This document shows positions 32,162 to 40,391 of a stretch of DNA of 64,000 nucleotides, piece by piece; the first letter of the stretch is position 1; each line of letters begins with the position of its first letter. The stretch comes from Chloroflexota bacterium. Lineage in GTDB: Bacteria; Chloroflexota; Dormibacteria; CF-121. The stretch is taken from contig JAXDLN010000091.1 of NCBI GenBank assembly GCA_034666565.1, positions 3,968 to 67,967 of the forward strand, read 5' to 3'. The notes beneath the pieces were generated by a model that saw only the letters and a program-made list of their open reading frames with translations, did no database searches and was not told where the DNA came from. Position numbers and translations under genes: made by a program.

Positions 32162-33439
32162 GTGGTAGTCGAAGAGCCGATCGGCCCGTTGCATCCCGCC
32201 GTCGAAGCGGTCCTCCACGCCATCGACCAGTTGCGCCATCGCCCCAGGACCTATCGCGAGCCCGATGAGCTGACCGCCGAGCTGCGGGCACTCCGCCGCG
32301 GCCAGGATCTGCTTGAACTGGAGTTCGCCACGACCGCCGCCCAGTTCAGCAGGACGCAGGAGTACGAAGAGCAAGGGTCCGTCAGCCCCATCGATTGGAT
32401 CCGCCACCACTGCAAGATGTCCAGCTCAGCCGTGTGGGGCAGCGTGGCTGTCGGCGAGCACCTCGCCGACCTCCCGCGCAGCGTCGAGGCCGTCGAGAGC
32501 GGCGAGATCGGCTACGCGCACCTGACCCTGATGGCCAGGACGGCCGACGCCCTGCAGGGATCCCCCACGGCCGCGCCCTTCGAGGAGACGGAGCTGCTCG
32601 AGAAAGCCCGTGAGTTCAGCGTTGGTCGCCTCTGGCACTTCTGTCATCACCTTCGGCACGCGCTGGACCCCGAGGGTTTCACGGCCGAGCAGAAGCGGGC
32701 CACCGAGGAACGCAGTCTCAAGCTCAGCCCCTGCGAAGACGGTACGCTGTTGCTCGAGGGTTGGCTGGATTCCGTCGGCGGAGCGGCGCTGCGAAGTGCG
32801 CTCGAGCCGTTGGCGCTTCCCCACGGTGATCACGACGAGCGACCCCGCGAACGCCGAAACGCTGACGCGCTGGTGGAGGTCTTCACCCACGTGCAGGACA
32901 CCGGCTCACTGCCGCAGCGGCCTCATCTGCAGGTCACGGCCTCGCTGGACACGCTGCGTGGGCTGGCCGGGTCGCCCGCCGGTGATCTGGAGTACTCGCT
33001 CCCCGTCTCGGCCGAGACCGTGCAGCGGCTGGCGTGCGACGGTACGATCACGCGCGTGGTCCTAGCGCCGGAGTCCGTCGTGATCGACGTCGGTCGTGCT
33101 AGACGCGTGGTCGCGGGCCCGACCCGCCGCGCACTCGCAGCCCGCGACGGTCACTGCCGCTGGCCGCACTGCGATCGGCCGGCATCCTGGAGCGACGCCC
33201 ACCACGTCATCCATTGGAGTAAGGGCGGCGAAACGGACCTCTCGAACATGGTCCTCTTGTGTCATCGACACCACTGGATGGCGCACGAGGGCGGCTGGCA
33301 GCTGGTGCAAACCGCGGAGGGCGAGGTCCTGACCGTGCCGCCGCGCCCGCCGGGACTGGCCCGGGCTGCGGACGTTGACGATCCCATTGAGGCCGCTCGC
33401 CGCTTCACGCAGCAGCTCAGCCCCGCCCGCGCCCCCTAA
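32162..33439 (+). CDS. DUF222-domain HNH endonuclease (13E12/REP13E12 repeat-like family)
   Basis: DUF222-like GWLD..GGAAL..AL, R..DALVE and RLACD, plus HNH ARDGHCRWPHCD...DAHHVIHWSKGGETDLSNMVLLCHRHH. Confidence 0.9.
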   Translation: MVVEEPIGPLHPAVEAVLHAIDQLRHRPRTYREPDELTAELRALRRGQDLLELEFATTAAQFSRTQEYEEQGSVSPIDWIRHHCKMSSSAVWGSVAVGEHLADLPRSVEAVESGEIGYAHLTLMARTADALQGSPTAAPFEETELLEKAREFSVGRLWHFCHHLRHALDPEGFTAEQKRATEERSLKLSPCEDGTLLLEGWLDSVGGAALRSALEPLALPHGDHDERPRERRNADALVEVFTHVQDTGSLPQRPHLQVTASLDTLRGLAGSPAGDLEYSLPVSAETVQRLACDGTITRVVLAPESVVIDVGRARRVVAGPTRRALAARDGHCRWPHCDRPASWSDAHHVIHWSKGGETDLSNMVLLCHRHHWMAHEGGWQLVQTAEGEVLTVPPRPPGLARAADVDDPIEAARRFTQQLSPARAP

Positions 33440-36400
33440 GCTCTCGAGGCGACCGTCCCCTCGTGGGCGTTCTCGATGCGGGCGACATCGGCCTTCGGCG
33501 CGACTCTCCAGAATCGATGCAGCGCCGCATGCCAGTCATCGAGGATCGCTCGGGCCGCGGCCGACCCGGTGTAGACGGCGTGCTGCTCGATCAGCCCGCG
33601 CAACCGTAGGACCTGCTCGGCCAGGAGCTGGTGCTCGCCGCTGAGCCGGTGGGCATCCACTAGCTCGGCGTTCACCATCGCCGGCAATCCGATTCCCGTG
33701 TCGTAGACGAAGACTTCCCCACCCGTCATGCCGGCGCCGAGGTTGTGTCCCACAGGGCCGAGCACCACCAGGGTGCCTCCGGTCATGTATTCGGCGCAAT
33801 GCTCCCCCACGCCCTCGACCACGGCCGAGGCGCCGCTATTGCGTACCGCGAAACGCTCGCCGGCTTTTCCCGCACAAAACAGTTCCCCTCCGGTGGCCCC
33901 GTAGAGGACGGTGTTGCCGAGCAGGTAGGGATCGCCGGCATCATCGGCCGGCGGGCGCAGAATGATCCGTCCGCCACCCATCCCCTTCCCGACGTAATCG
34001 TTCGCCTCTCCGATCAGGACGAACTCGATCCCCTCGGTAAGGAAGGCCCCGAAACTCTGGCCGGCGGCGCCGGTAAATGTGAATGACGCCGATCCAGCCG
34101 GGGCCGCCGGCCCACATTCCCTGGCCAGCGCACCACCCAACCGCGCCCCGACCGAGCGGTCGCTATTTTGGATCGGGTAGCTGGCGCGCACATCGGCGCC
34201 GGTCAGGACCGCGGTCAGGCCGTCCAGGCAGACCCGATCGCCGAGCGCCGACGACGGCCGCTGCAGCGGAATCGACCCGACGAATCGTCGTGGCTCCGAG
34301 CCCTCGTCGCTCAGCAATGGTGAAAGGTCCATGCGGTCGGCTCGCGGATCCCCCGTGATGCGTTGCGACAGCAAGTCCGTCCGGCCGATCGCATCGTCGA
34401 GTCGTCGCAGACCGAGTCCCGCCAGGATGTGACGGATCTCCTCGGCGACGTGCGTCAGATACGCCTCGAGCATCTCCGGCGTCCCGGCAAACTTGGCCCG
34501 CAATTCCGGACGCTGGGTCGCGATGCCCACCGGGCAGGTGTCGAGGTGGCAGGTGCGCACCATGATGCACCCCTCGGCCAGGAGCGCCGCGGTGCCAAAG
34601 CTGTACTCGTCGGCACCGAGCAGCGCAGCGATGACGACGTCGCGACCGGACTTGATGCCGCCGTCGACGCGCAGTCGAACCCGATCGCGCAAATCGTTGA
34701 TCCGGAGCGTCTGCTGAGTTTCCGCCAGGCCGATTTCCCACGGCATCCCGGCGTTCTTGATCGACGACAGCGGGCTGGCGCCCGTGCCGCCATCCATGCC
34801 GGCGATGTGCACCACGTCCGCCAGGCCCTTGACCACGCCGGCGGCGATCGTCCCGACGCCGGCTTCGGAGACCAGCTTGACGGAGACCGCCGCCAGTGGA
34901 TTGACCTGCTTGAGGTCGTAGATGAGCTGCGCGAGATCCTCGATCGAATAGATGTCGTGGTGGGGCGGCGGCGAGATCAGGGCAATCCCTTGCTGTGTGT
35001 GCCGGAGCCGGGCGATCTCCTCCGTTGCCTTGTGACCGGGCAGCTGGCCGCCCTCACCGGGCTTCGACCCCTGTGCCATCTTGATCTGCAACTCGTCGGC
35101 GAACACACAGTACTCGGGCGTGACGCCGAATCGCCCCGACGCCACCTGCTTGATCCGCGAGTTGCGGTCGATCGGCAGTCCCCTGGTGCGATAGCGGGCC
35201 GGGTCCTCGCCACCCTCTCCGGTGTTGCTCTTGCCGCCCAGCCGGTTCATCGCGATCGCGATCGTCTCGTGCGCCTCGGCGGCGATGGAGCCGTGCGACA
35301 TGGCGCCGGTCGAGAACCGCCGCACGATGGCGACCGCGGGCTCGACCTCATTGAGCGGGACGGGTGGGCCGGCCGGCCGCAGCGCCAGCAGATCCCTCGG
35401 ATAGGTCGGGGGACGGTCATTGACCAGGCGGGCAAAGCGCGCATACGATGCAGAGCCCTTCCCATCCGGCCCAGTCGCGACTGCGCGTTGCAGCGCGTGC
35501 GCCGCCGCCATCTCTTTCAGAGCAATTTCCCCTCCCCCTCTGGGGGAGGGCAGGGTGGGGGCGGCAATGGCCACCGCCACTTCTTCTCCGGGCACCGCGT
35601 CGTGCAGCGCGTCGACGACATCGGGGTTGGTCGCGTGATATTCGGTGCCCTGCTTGTGATGCTTGAAGAAGCCGGGGCTCTTCAGGGCCGGCGTCGCCGC
35701 GGCCCACCCCTCGGCGTGCAGCGCGAGCACCTGCTCACCGAGGTCGTCGAAGGTCGTGCCACCGACCGGCGAGGGCGTGCCGGCAAAACCGAAGTCGACC
35801 ACGCTGGCATCGAGCCCGATGATTTCGAAGATCTGCGCCCCCTGGTAGCCATCGAGCGTCGAGATGCCCATCTTGGCGAGCACCTTGAGGGTGCCATCCT
35901 CGAGCGCCGCGACGTAGTGCTCCTGCGCGCTACGCCCATCGGCCGCCTCACCTTTGAGATGGCCCGCCGACGCCAGCGCCCTGATCGACGTCAGGCCGAG
36001 CCGGGGACAGATTGCCTGTGCGCCGTACCCGAGCAAGCACACAACGTGATGTACCTCGCGGGCCTCGTCGGTCTCGACCACCAGGCTGGTCAGCCCGCGC
36101 AGGCCGCGGCGCATCAGGTGGTGGTGCACGGTTCCCACCGCGAGCAGCGCCGGGATCGGCGCGCGCTCGGGGCCGGCCTCGCGATCGGACACGATCAGGA
36201 TCGAGGCGCCGAAGCGAACAGCGCGCTCGGCGTCCTGGGCCAACCGCTCGCAGGCGGCGCGCAACCCACCGGGTCCGTCGGCGACCGGGAAGGTGGCGTC
36301 GAGATCGCTGGACGCGAACGGGGTGCCCATGCCGCGGACGGCCTCGAGTCCCGATGGATAGAGGACGAATGAGTCCAGCTGGACCAGGCGGGCAGCGGCC

Positions 36401-38040
36401 GGTCTGCTCGAGAGCAGCGGCGCCGGCGGCCCGAGATAGCTGCGCAGCGACATCACGAGTCGCTCGCGCAGATGGTCGATCGGCGGGTTGGTCACCTGCG
36501 CGAAGCGCTGCTTGAAATAGCTGTAGAGGAGTCGCGGCGGCCGAGCCAGCACCGAGAGCGCGGTGTCGTCGCCCATCGAGAAAATCGGCTCCTTGCCCTG
36601 GGTTGCCATCGGTCGCAGCACGTAGGTGAACTCTTCCTTCGTGTATCCGAAGGTGGTCTGGCGCGCCACGAGGTCGGGCATGACCTCCTCCGTGGGCTCC
36701 CCAGGATCGAGCGACGTCAGGTTGTCATCCAGCCACCGACCGTACGGCTGCTCGTCCGCGAGCCGGCGTTTGATGCTGTCGTTCTCCTCCAGCCCACCGC
36801 GCTCGGGATCGACGCAGATCATCTCGCCAGGCCCGAGCTTGCCGCGCCGCACGCTGCCGTGCCCGTCGACGTCGACCGCGCCGGCTTCCGAGGCGCAGGC
36901 GATCAAGCCGTCCTCGCACACCGCGTAGCGCAGCGGCCGCAGTCCGTTGCGGTCGAGTACGGCGCCGACCCGCGTCCCGTCGGTGAAGACCAGTCCGGCA
37001 GGCCCATCCCAGGGCTCCATCAGGCAGGCGTGGTAGCGATAGAAATCACGGACCGCCGGGTCGACGTCGAAGCCCTCCCAGGCTTCCGGTACCAGCATCG
37101 CCAGCGACTGCCGGATGTCGCGGCCCCCCTGGACCAGCAACTCGAGTGCGTTGTCGAGCATCGCCGAGTCGGAGCCGGCTTCGTCGATCACGGGCACCAG
37201 CAGGTCCTCGTCAGCCCCGTTCCGGGCACCGAGACGGCCCTCGCGGGCGCGCATCCGGTTGACGTTGCCCTGGATAGTGTTGATCTCACCGTTGTGGCAG
37301 AGCATGCGGAATGGCTGAGCCCGCTCCCACGAGGGCGCTGTGTTCGTGCTGTAGCGCTGATGGAAGATGGCGAAGGGAGCGACGAATCGCGGGTCGCGGA
37401 GGTCGGGGTAGAACGGCGCCAGCTGGTCGGCGGCGCACATCGCCTTGTAGGTCAGGGTGCGAAACGACATCGACGCGACGTACGCGTGCAATCCCGCGGC
37501 CCGGACGGCACGCTCGACGCGCTTGCGCGCCCGGTAACATCGGGCCTCGGCCTCGGCGCTCGACACCGAACCCCTGGCGGCGATGATGGCCTGCTCGATC
37601 ACCGGTGCCGTAGTTCGGGCCAGGTCACCGAGCGCATCGGGATCGACCGGGACCGGGCGCCAGTCGATCAGGTCGAGCTGCTCGGCGCGACAGGCCTCAT
37701 CGAAGAGCCGGCGGGTGAGCCGCCGCCGCTGATACCCGTCGGCCGCCGGCGCGTTGGAGAGGAAGACGACGGCGACCCCGAGCTTGACGGCCGGCTCGAC
37801 GTTGATGGCGGCGCGCTGCATCCACTCGCGCAGAAAGGATTGCGGGATGGACAGCAGGAGACCGGCGCCATCGCCCGAACGATGGTCCGCGGCCACCGCT
37901 CCTCGATGACGGACACGATGCAGCGCTGCGAGGGCGGCGTCGACAATACCTCGACTGGCTCGCCCTCCAGCGTCAGCGACGAAACCGATCCCGCAGGCGT
38001 CGTGCTCGTAGCGAGAGTCGTACAAGCCTGCGTGTCGCAA
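33436..38040 (-). CDS. gltB: Glutamate synthase large subunit
   Basis: EHDACGIGF (N-terminal nucleophile Cys), HQRYSTNT, HNGEINT, EPWDGPA, SNTGEGG, KMAQGSKPGEGGQLPG, CIMVRTCHLDTC and a GXGXG C-terminal domain. Confidence 0.97.
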   Translation of the reverse strand: MRHAGLYDSRYEHDACGIGFVADAGGRASRGIVDAALAALHRVRHRGAVAADHRSGDGAGLLLSIPQSFLREWMQRAAINVEPAVKLGVAVVFLSNAPAADGYQRRRLTRRLFDEACRAEQLDLIDWRPVPVDPDALGDLARTTAPVIEQAIIAARGSVSSAEAEARCYRARKRVERAVRAAGLHAYVASMSFRTLTYKAMCAADQLAPFYPDLRDPRFVAPFAIFHQRYSTNTAPSWERAQPFRMLCHNGEINTIQGNVNRMRAREGRLGARNGADEDLLVPVIDEAGSDSAMLDNALELLVQGGRDIRQSLAMLVPEAWEGFDVDPAVRDFYRYHACLMEPWDGPAGLVFTDGTRVGAVLDRNGLRPLRYAVCEDGLIACASEAGAVDVDGHGSVRRGKLGPGEMICVDPERGGLEENDSIKRRLADEQPYGRWLDDNLTSLDPGEPTEEVMPDLVARQTTFGYTKEEFTYVLRPMATQGKEPIFSMGDDTALSVLARPPRLLYSYFKQRFAQVTNPPIDHLRERLVMSLRSYLGPPAPLLSSRPAAARLVQLDSFVLYPSGLEAVRGMGTPFASSDLDATFPVADGPGGLRAACERLAQDAERAVRFGASILIVSDREAGPERAPIPALLAVGTVHHHLMRRGLRGLTSLVVETDEAREVHHVVCLLGYGAQAICPRLGLTSIRALASAGHLKGEAADGRSAQEHYVAALEDGTLKVLAKMGISTLDGYQGAQIFEIIGLDASVVDFGFAGTPSPVGGTTFDDLGEQVLALHAEGWAAATPALKSPGFFKHHKQGTEYHATNPDVVDALHDAVPGEEVAVAIAAPTLPSPRGGGEIALKEMAAAHALQRAVATGPDGKGSASYARFARLVNDRPPTYPRDLLALRPAGPPVPLNEVEPAVAIVRRFSTGAMSHGSIAAEAHETIAIAMNRLGGKSNTGEGGEDPARYRTRGLPIDRNSRIKQVASGRFGVTPEYCVFADELQIKMAQGSKPGEGGQLPGHKATEEIARLRHTQQGIALISPPPHHDIYSIEDLAQLIYDLKQVNPLAAVSVKLVSEAGVGTIAAGVVKGLADVVHIAGMDGGTGASPLSSIKNAGMPWEIGLAETQQTLRINDLRDRVRLRVDGGIKSGRDVVIAALLGADEYSFGTAALLAEGCIMVRTCHLDTCPVGIATQRPELRAKFAGTPEMLEAYLTHVAEEIRHILAGLGLRRLDDAIGRTDLLSQRITGDPRADRMDLSPLLSDEGSEPRRFVGSIPLQRPSSALGDRVCLDGLTAVLTGADVRASYPIQNSDRSVGARLGGALARECGPAAPAGSASFTFTGAAGQSFGAFLTEGIEFVLIGEANDYVGKGMGGGRIILRPPADDAGDPYLLGNTVLYGATGGELFCAGKAGERFAVRNSGASAVVEGVGEHCAEYMTGGTLVVLGPVGHNLGAGMTGGEVFVYDTGIGLPAMVNAELVDAHRLSGEHQLLAEQVLRLRGLIEQHAVYTGSAAARAILDDWHAALHRFWRVAPKADVARIENAHEGTVASRA
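35529..35561 (+). repeat. Short palindromic repeat, copy 4 (in-frame inside gltB, opposite strand)
   Basis: CCCCTCCCCC-TCT-GGGGGAGGG-CAGGGTGGGGG, read in GltB as APTLPSPRGGGE. Confidence 0.78.
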
Positions 38041-38134
38041 GATTCAGCTTCTGACGCTATCGGTTACCGCCGCAGCAAACCACGGACGATTGCACCAAAA
38101 GGATGGCGCACCGTCGTACCCTCCACACAAGCAC

Positions 38135-39331
38135 TCAGGGGGCCTGCTCGCCCCCGTAAAGCACACGCTGCGGCATGCGGTGCAGGCTGACCACGCCATC
38201 GTCTGTCACACGTACCAGCTCGCCGACCTGAACGCCCGCTCGCTGATCGATCGTCACGACATTCGGTTGGATCACCAGCGTCATGTTCCGCTCGAACACG
38301 AAGTCCGGTACCGGCCCGTGGCTGCTCCCGGGAGTTCGGAGGATCGGCGGAAGGTAGCCGCCACCATAGCCGTGGACGAGGTCGTCGCAGGTGGTGAAGC
38401 CCTGGGTCTCGATCAGCGATGCCGCATCGACGATCGTCGACGCGGACACCCCGGGTGCAATGGTGCGCGCGACCTCATGAAATGCCTGCCAGGCCACGTC
38501 GTGGAGTCGCCGATAGGTCTCGGTCAGCTCGGCTTCGACGGTCACCGTCCTGAGAACCTGGCCCGAGTATGCGGCATAGGCCGCGCTCAACTCGAGGATG
38601 ATCGCGTCGCCGGCTTGCAGTGGACGATCGGTGAGGTCCTGCTGCGGCACGATACGGTCGGGATTGGCCATCGGCGTCGAGCTCAAGTAGAGAAAGTGCG
38701 GTTGGCCACCGCCGCGGATCGCGGCAGCAGCCGCCTCCGCCTGCAGTTCGAGCTCGGTGGCGCCGGGCACGGCGGCGCGAACCAGCGCCGCCAACGCCTG
38801 GTCGGTGATCGCCGCGGCGCGCGTCATCCACTCGAGCTCTTCCTCACTCTTGACCAGCCGTAGCCGGAGAAAATCCGCCGTTGCATCGACAAAGGTCCGG
38901 TCGCCAAGGCGACCGATCAGCCGCTGCTGCTCGCCGTACGGCACCGACCCCACCAGCCCCACCCGCAGGGTGGGCGGCATAGCAGCGAGCTCATCCGCCA
39001 CCGCGTCGACCGACCGCGTGCCGCCCCACCGGACTTCGGCACGGGCGACACGCCGCGCATGCGGCACGTGGTTGAAATATTGGACGAACAGCATCGGGTC
39101 CCCGCCGGGCTTCCACACAACGTAGGCGTCCTGGTGGCCGAGGAATCCCGTCAGGAAATGGACCTGTGCCTGCCCCTGCCTCGCATTGGCCGAGGTGCCG
39201 AAGACGACGAGCACATCGAGACGCTGATCGGCGCAGAGCTGGTCGACGGCGCGGCGCCGTCGACCCCACTCGGCGTCGGAGAACCCCCCACCCCGACCCT
39301 CCCCCGCAAGGGGGGAGGGAGCATCAGCCAA
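38135..39331 (-). CDS. M24 (creatinase/aminopeptidase P fold) protein with non-canonical metal site
   Basis: Creatinase-N-like region plus pita-bread domain (LVKSEEEL, GDAIILELS, YSGQVLRT, VHGYG, IQPN). Confidence 0.85.
   Translation of the reverse strand: MADAPSPLAGEGRGGGFSDAEWGRRRRAVDQLCADQRLDVLVVFGTSANARQGQAQVHFLTGFLGHQDAYVVWKPGGDPMLFVQYFNHVPHARRVARAEVRWGGTRSVDAVADELAAMPPTLRVGLVGSVPYGEQQRLIGRLGDRTFVDATADFLRLRLVKSEEELEWMTRAAAITDQALAALVRAAVPGATELELQAEAAAAAIRGGGQPHFLYLSSTPMANPDRIVPQQDLTDRPLQAGDAIILELSAAYAAYSGQVLRTVTVEAELTETYRRLHDVAWQAFHEVARTIAPGVSASTIVDAASLIETQGFTTCDDLVHGYGGGYLPPILRTPGSSHGPVPDFVFERNMTLVIQPNVVTIDQRAGVQVGELVRVTDDGVVSLHRMPQRVLYGGEQAP
39284..39319 (-). repeat. Short palindromic repeat, copy 5 (in-frame at the M24 N-terminus)
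   Basis: Minus strand CCCTCCCCC-CTTGC-GGGGGAGGG-TCGGGGTGGGGGG, encoding PSPLAGEGRGGG. Confidence 0.78.
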
Positions 39332-40391
39332 TCGTCTCTTTCAGCCAATCGGCCATCAGCGGCCGGTACTTGTACGAAATGTTGTTGCAGACGTGCGTCC
39401 CGTCCGGGTACATCACCAGCGTCGCGTTGGGGGCCTCCCGCGCGATCCGTTCGGCGTCCGCCGGCGGAAATAGGCCGTCCTTGGCGCCGTGGATGACGAG
39501 CAGCGGCTGGGTGACCTTGTCGAGGACGCCCTCGAGATTGAGCGTGTAGGCCTTGCGCCTGGCTTCGGCCTCATCCGCGGACTTTGTATAGAAGATGTAC
39601 CCGCCCCTGGTCAGGGGATTGAGATTGTCCCAGCAGTCGCCGAGGTTGTACGGCCCGGACAGTCCCACCACCGCGCGCAACCGCTTTTCGTAGGCAGCCG
39701 CGCGCGGGCCGTAGATGGCGCCCATGCTGATCCCCATCAGGCCGATCCGGTTGAGGTCGACGCCGACATCGCGTCGCTCCAGCTCATCGATCACCGGGGT
39801 GATCACCGATTCCCAGTTGACCCGGATCGGGAAGTGCACCGAGTTCTCGGATTGGCCCGGGCCGTCGATCGTCAGGGTCGCCATCCCGCGTCGCAGGAAC
39901 TCCTCCTCGATGAGAAAGAGCTCTTCCTTGGATGAGTCGAGTCCCGGGACGAGAAGCACGAGTGGCGCGCGGTCGATCTCTCGGGGGCGGCGGAGGTTAC
40001 CGGGAATGACATGACCCTCGAACGGGATCTCGACGCGCTCCGCCGGCGGATCGAGGTGCGGCAGCGTCTTTCGGTACACGGCGACCGACCGGTCGCGCAG
40101 CTCGGCGTGCTGGCGCAGGTCTTCGAACCAGAGGAACTTTCCGAGGTGATAGCACCAGGAAGCCCGCTGATAGCCGGCAGTCGCGGAGACGCTTCGGCTG
40201 TGTTCCTCAGCCTCACGCCCGAGCGCTTCGTGGACCTCGCCCACCGCCCGCCAGTTGGGTCCCCAGTCCTTCCAGTCGGTTGTCTTCCCCACCGTCCGGT
40301 CGAAGTCGTTGACGTCGATACCGTTGGCGACGAAGCGCGCTCGCCAGTGATGCGCCGCGACCTGAACGCGGTTGCCCGTTTCTACGCTCAT
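39324..40391 (-). CDS. Alpha/beta hydrolase, 2,6-dihydroxypseudooxynicotine hydrolase-like
   Basis: PGLDSSKEE, IDGPGQ, nucleophile GISMG, HGAKD, GTHVCNN. Family assignment from recall of DHPON hydrolase motifs. Confidence 0.85.
   Translation of the reverse strand: MSVETGNRVQVAAHHWRARFVANGIDVNDFDRTVGKTTDWKDWGPNWRAVGEVHEALGREAEEHSRSVSATAGYQRASWCYHLGKFLWFEDLRQHAELRDRSVAVYRKTLPHLDPPAERVEIPFEGHVIPGNLRRPREIDRAPLVLLVPGLDSSKEELFLIEEEFLRRGMATLTIDGPGQSENSVHFPIRVNWESVITPVIDELERRDVGVDLNRIGLMGISMGAIYGPRAAAYEKRLRAVVGLSGPYNLGDCWDNLNPLTRGGYIFYTKSADEAEARRKAYTLNLEGVLDKVTQPLLVIHGAKDGLFPPADAERIAREAPNATLVMYPDGTHVCNNISYKYRPLMADWLKETIG

Noticed and set aside
38091-38110. NtrC binding site upstream of gltB
   Set aside because: The half-sites resemble TGCACCA/TGGTGCA, but the spacer is 6 nt rather than 3 and no sigma54 motif is evident.
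27446-39319. CRISPR array or insertion sequence explaining the repeats
   Set aside because: The copies are dispersed rather than regularly spaced, and there are no cas or transposase genes and no evident target-site duplications.
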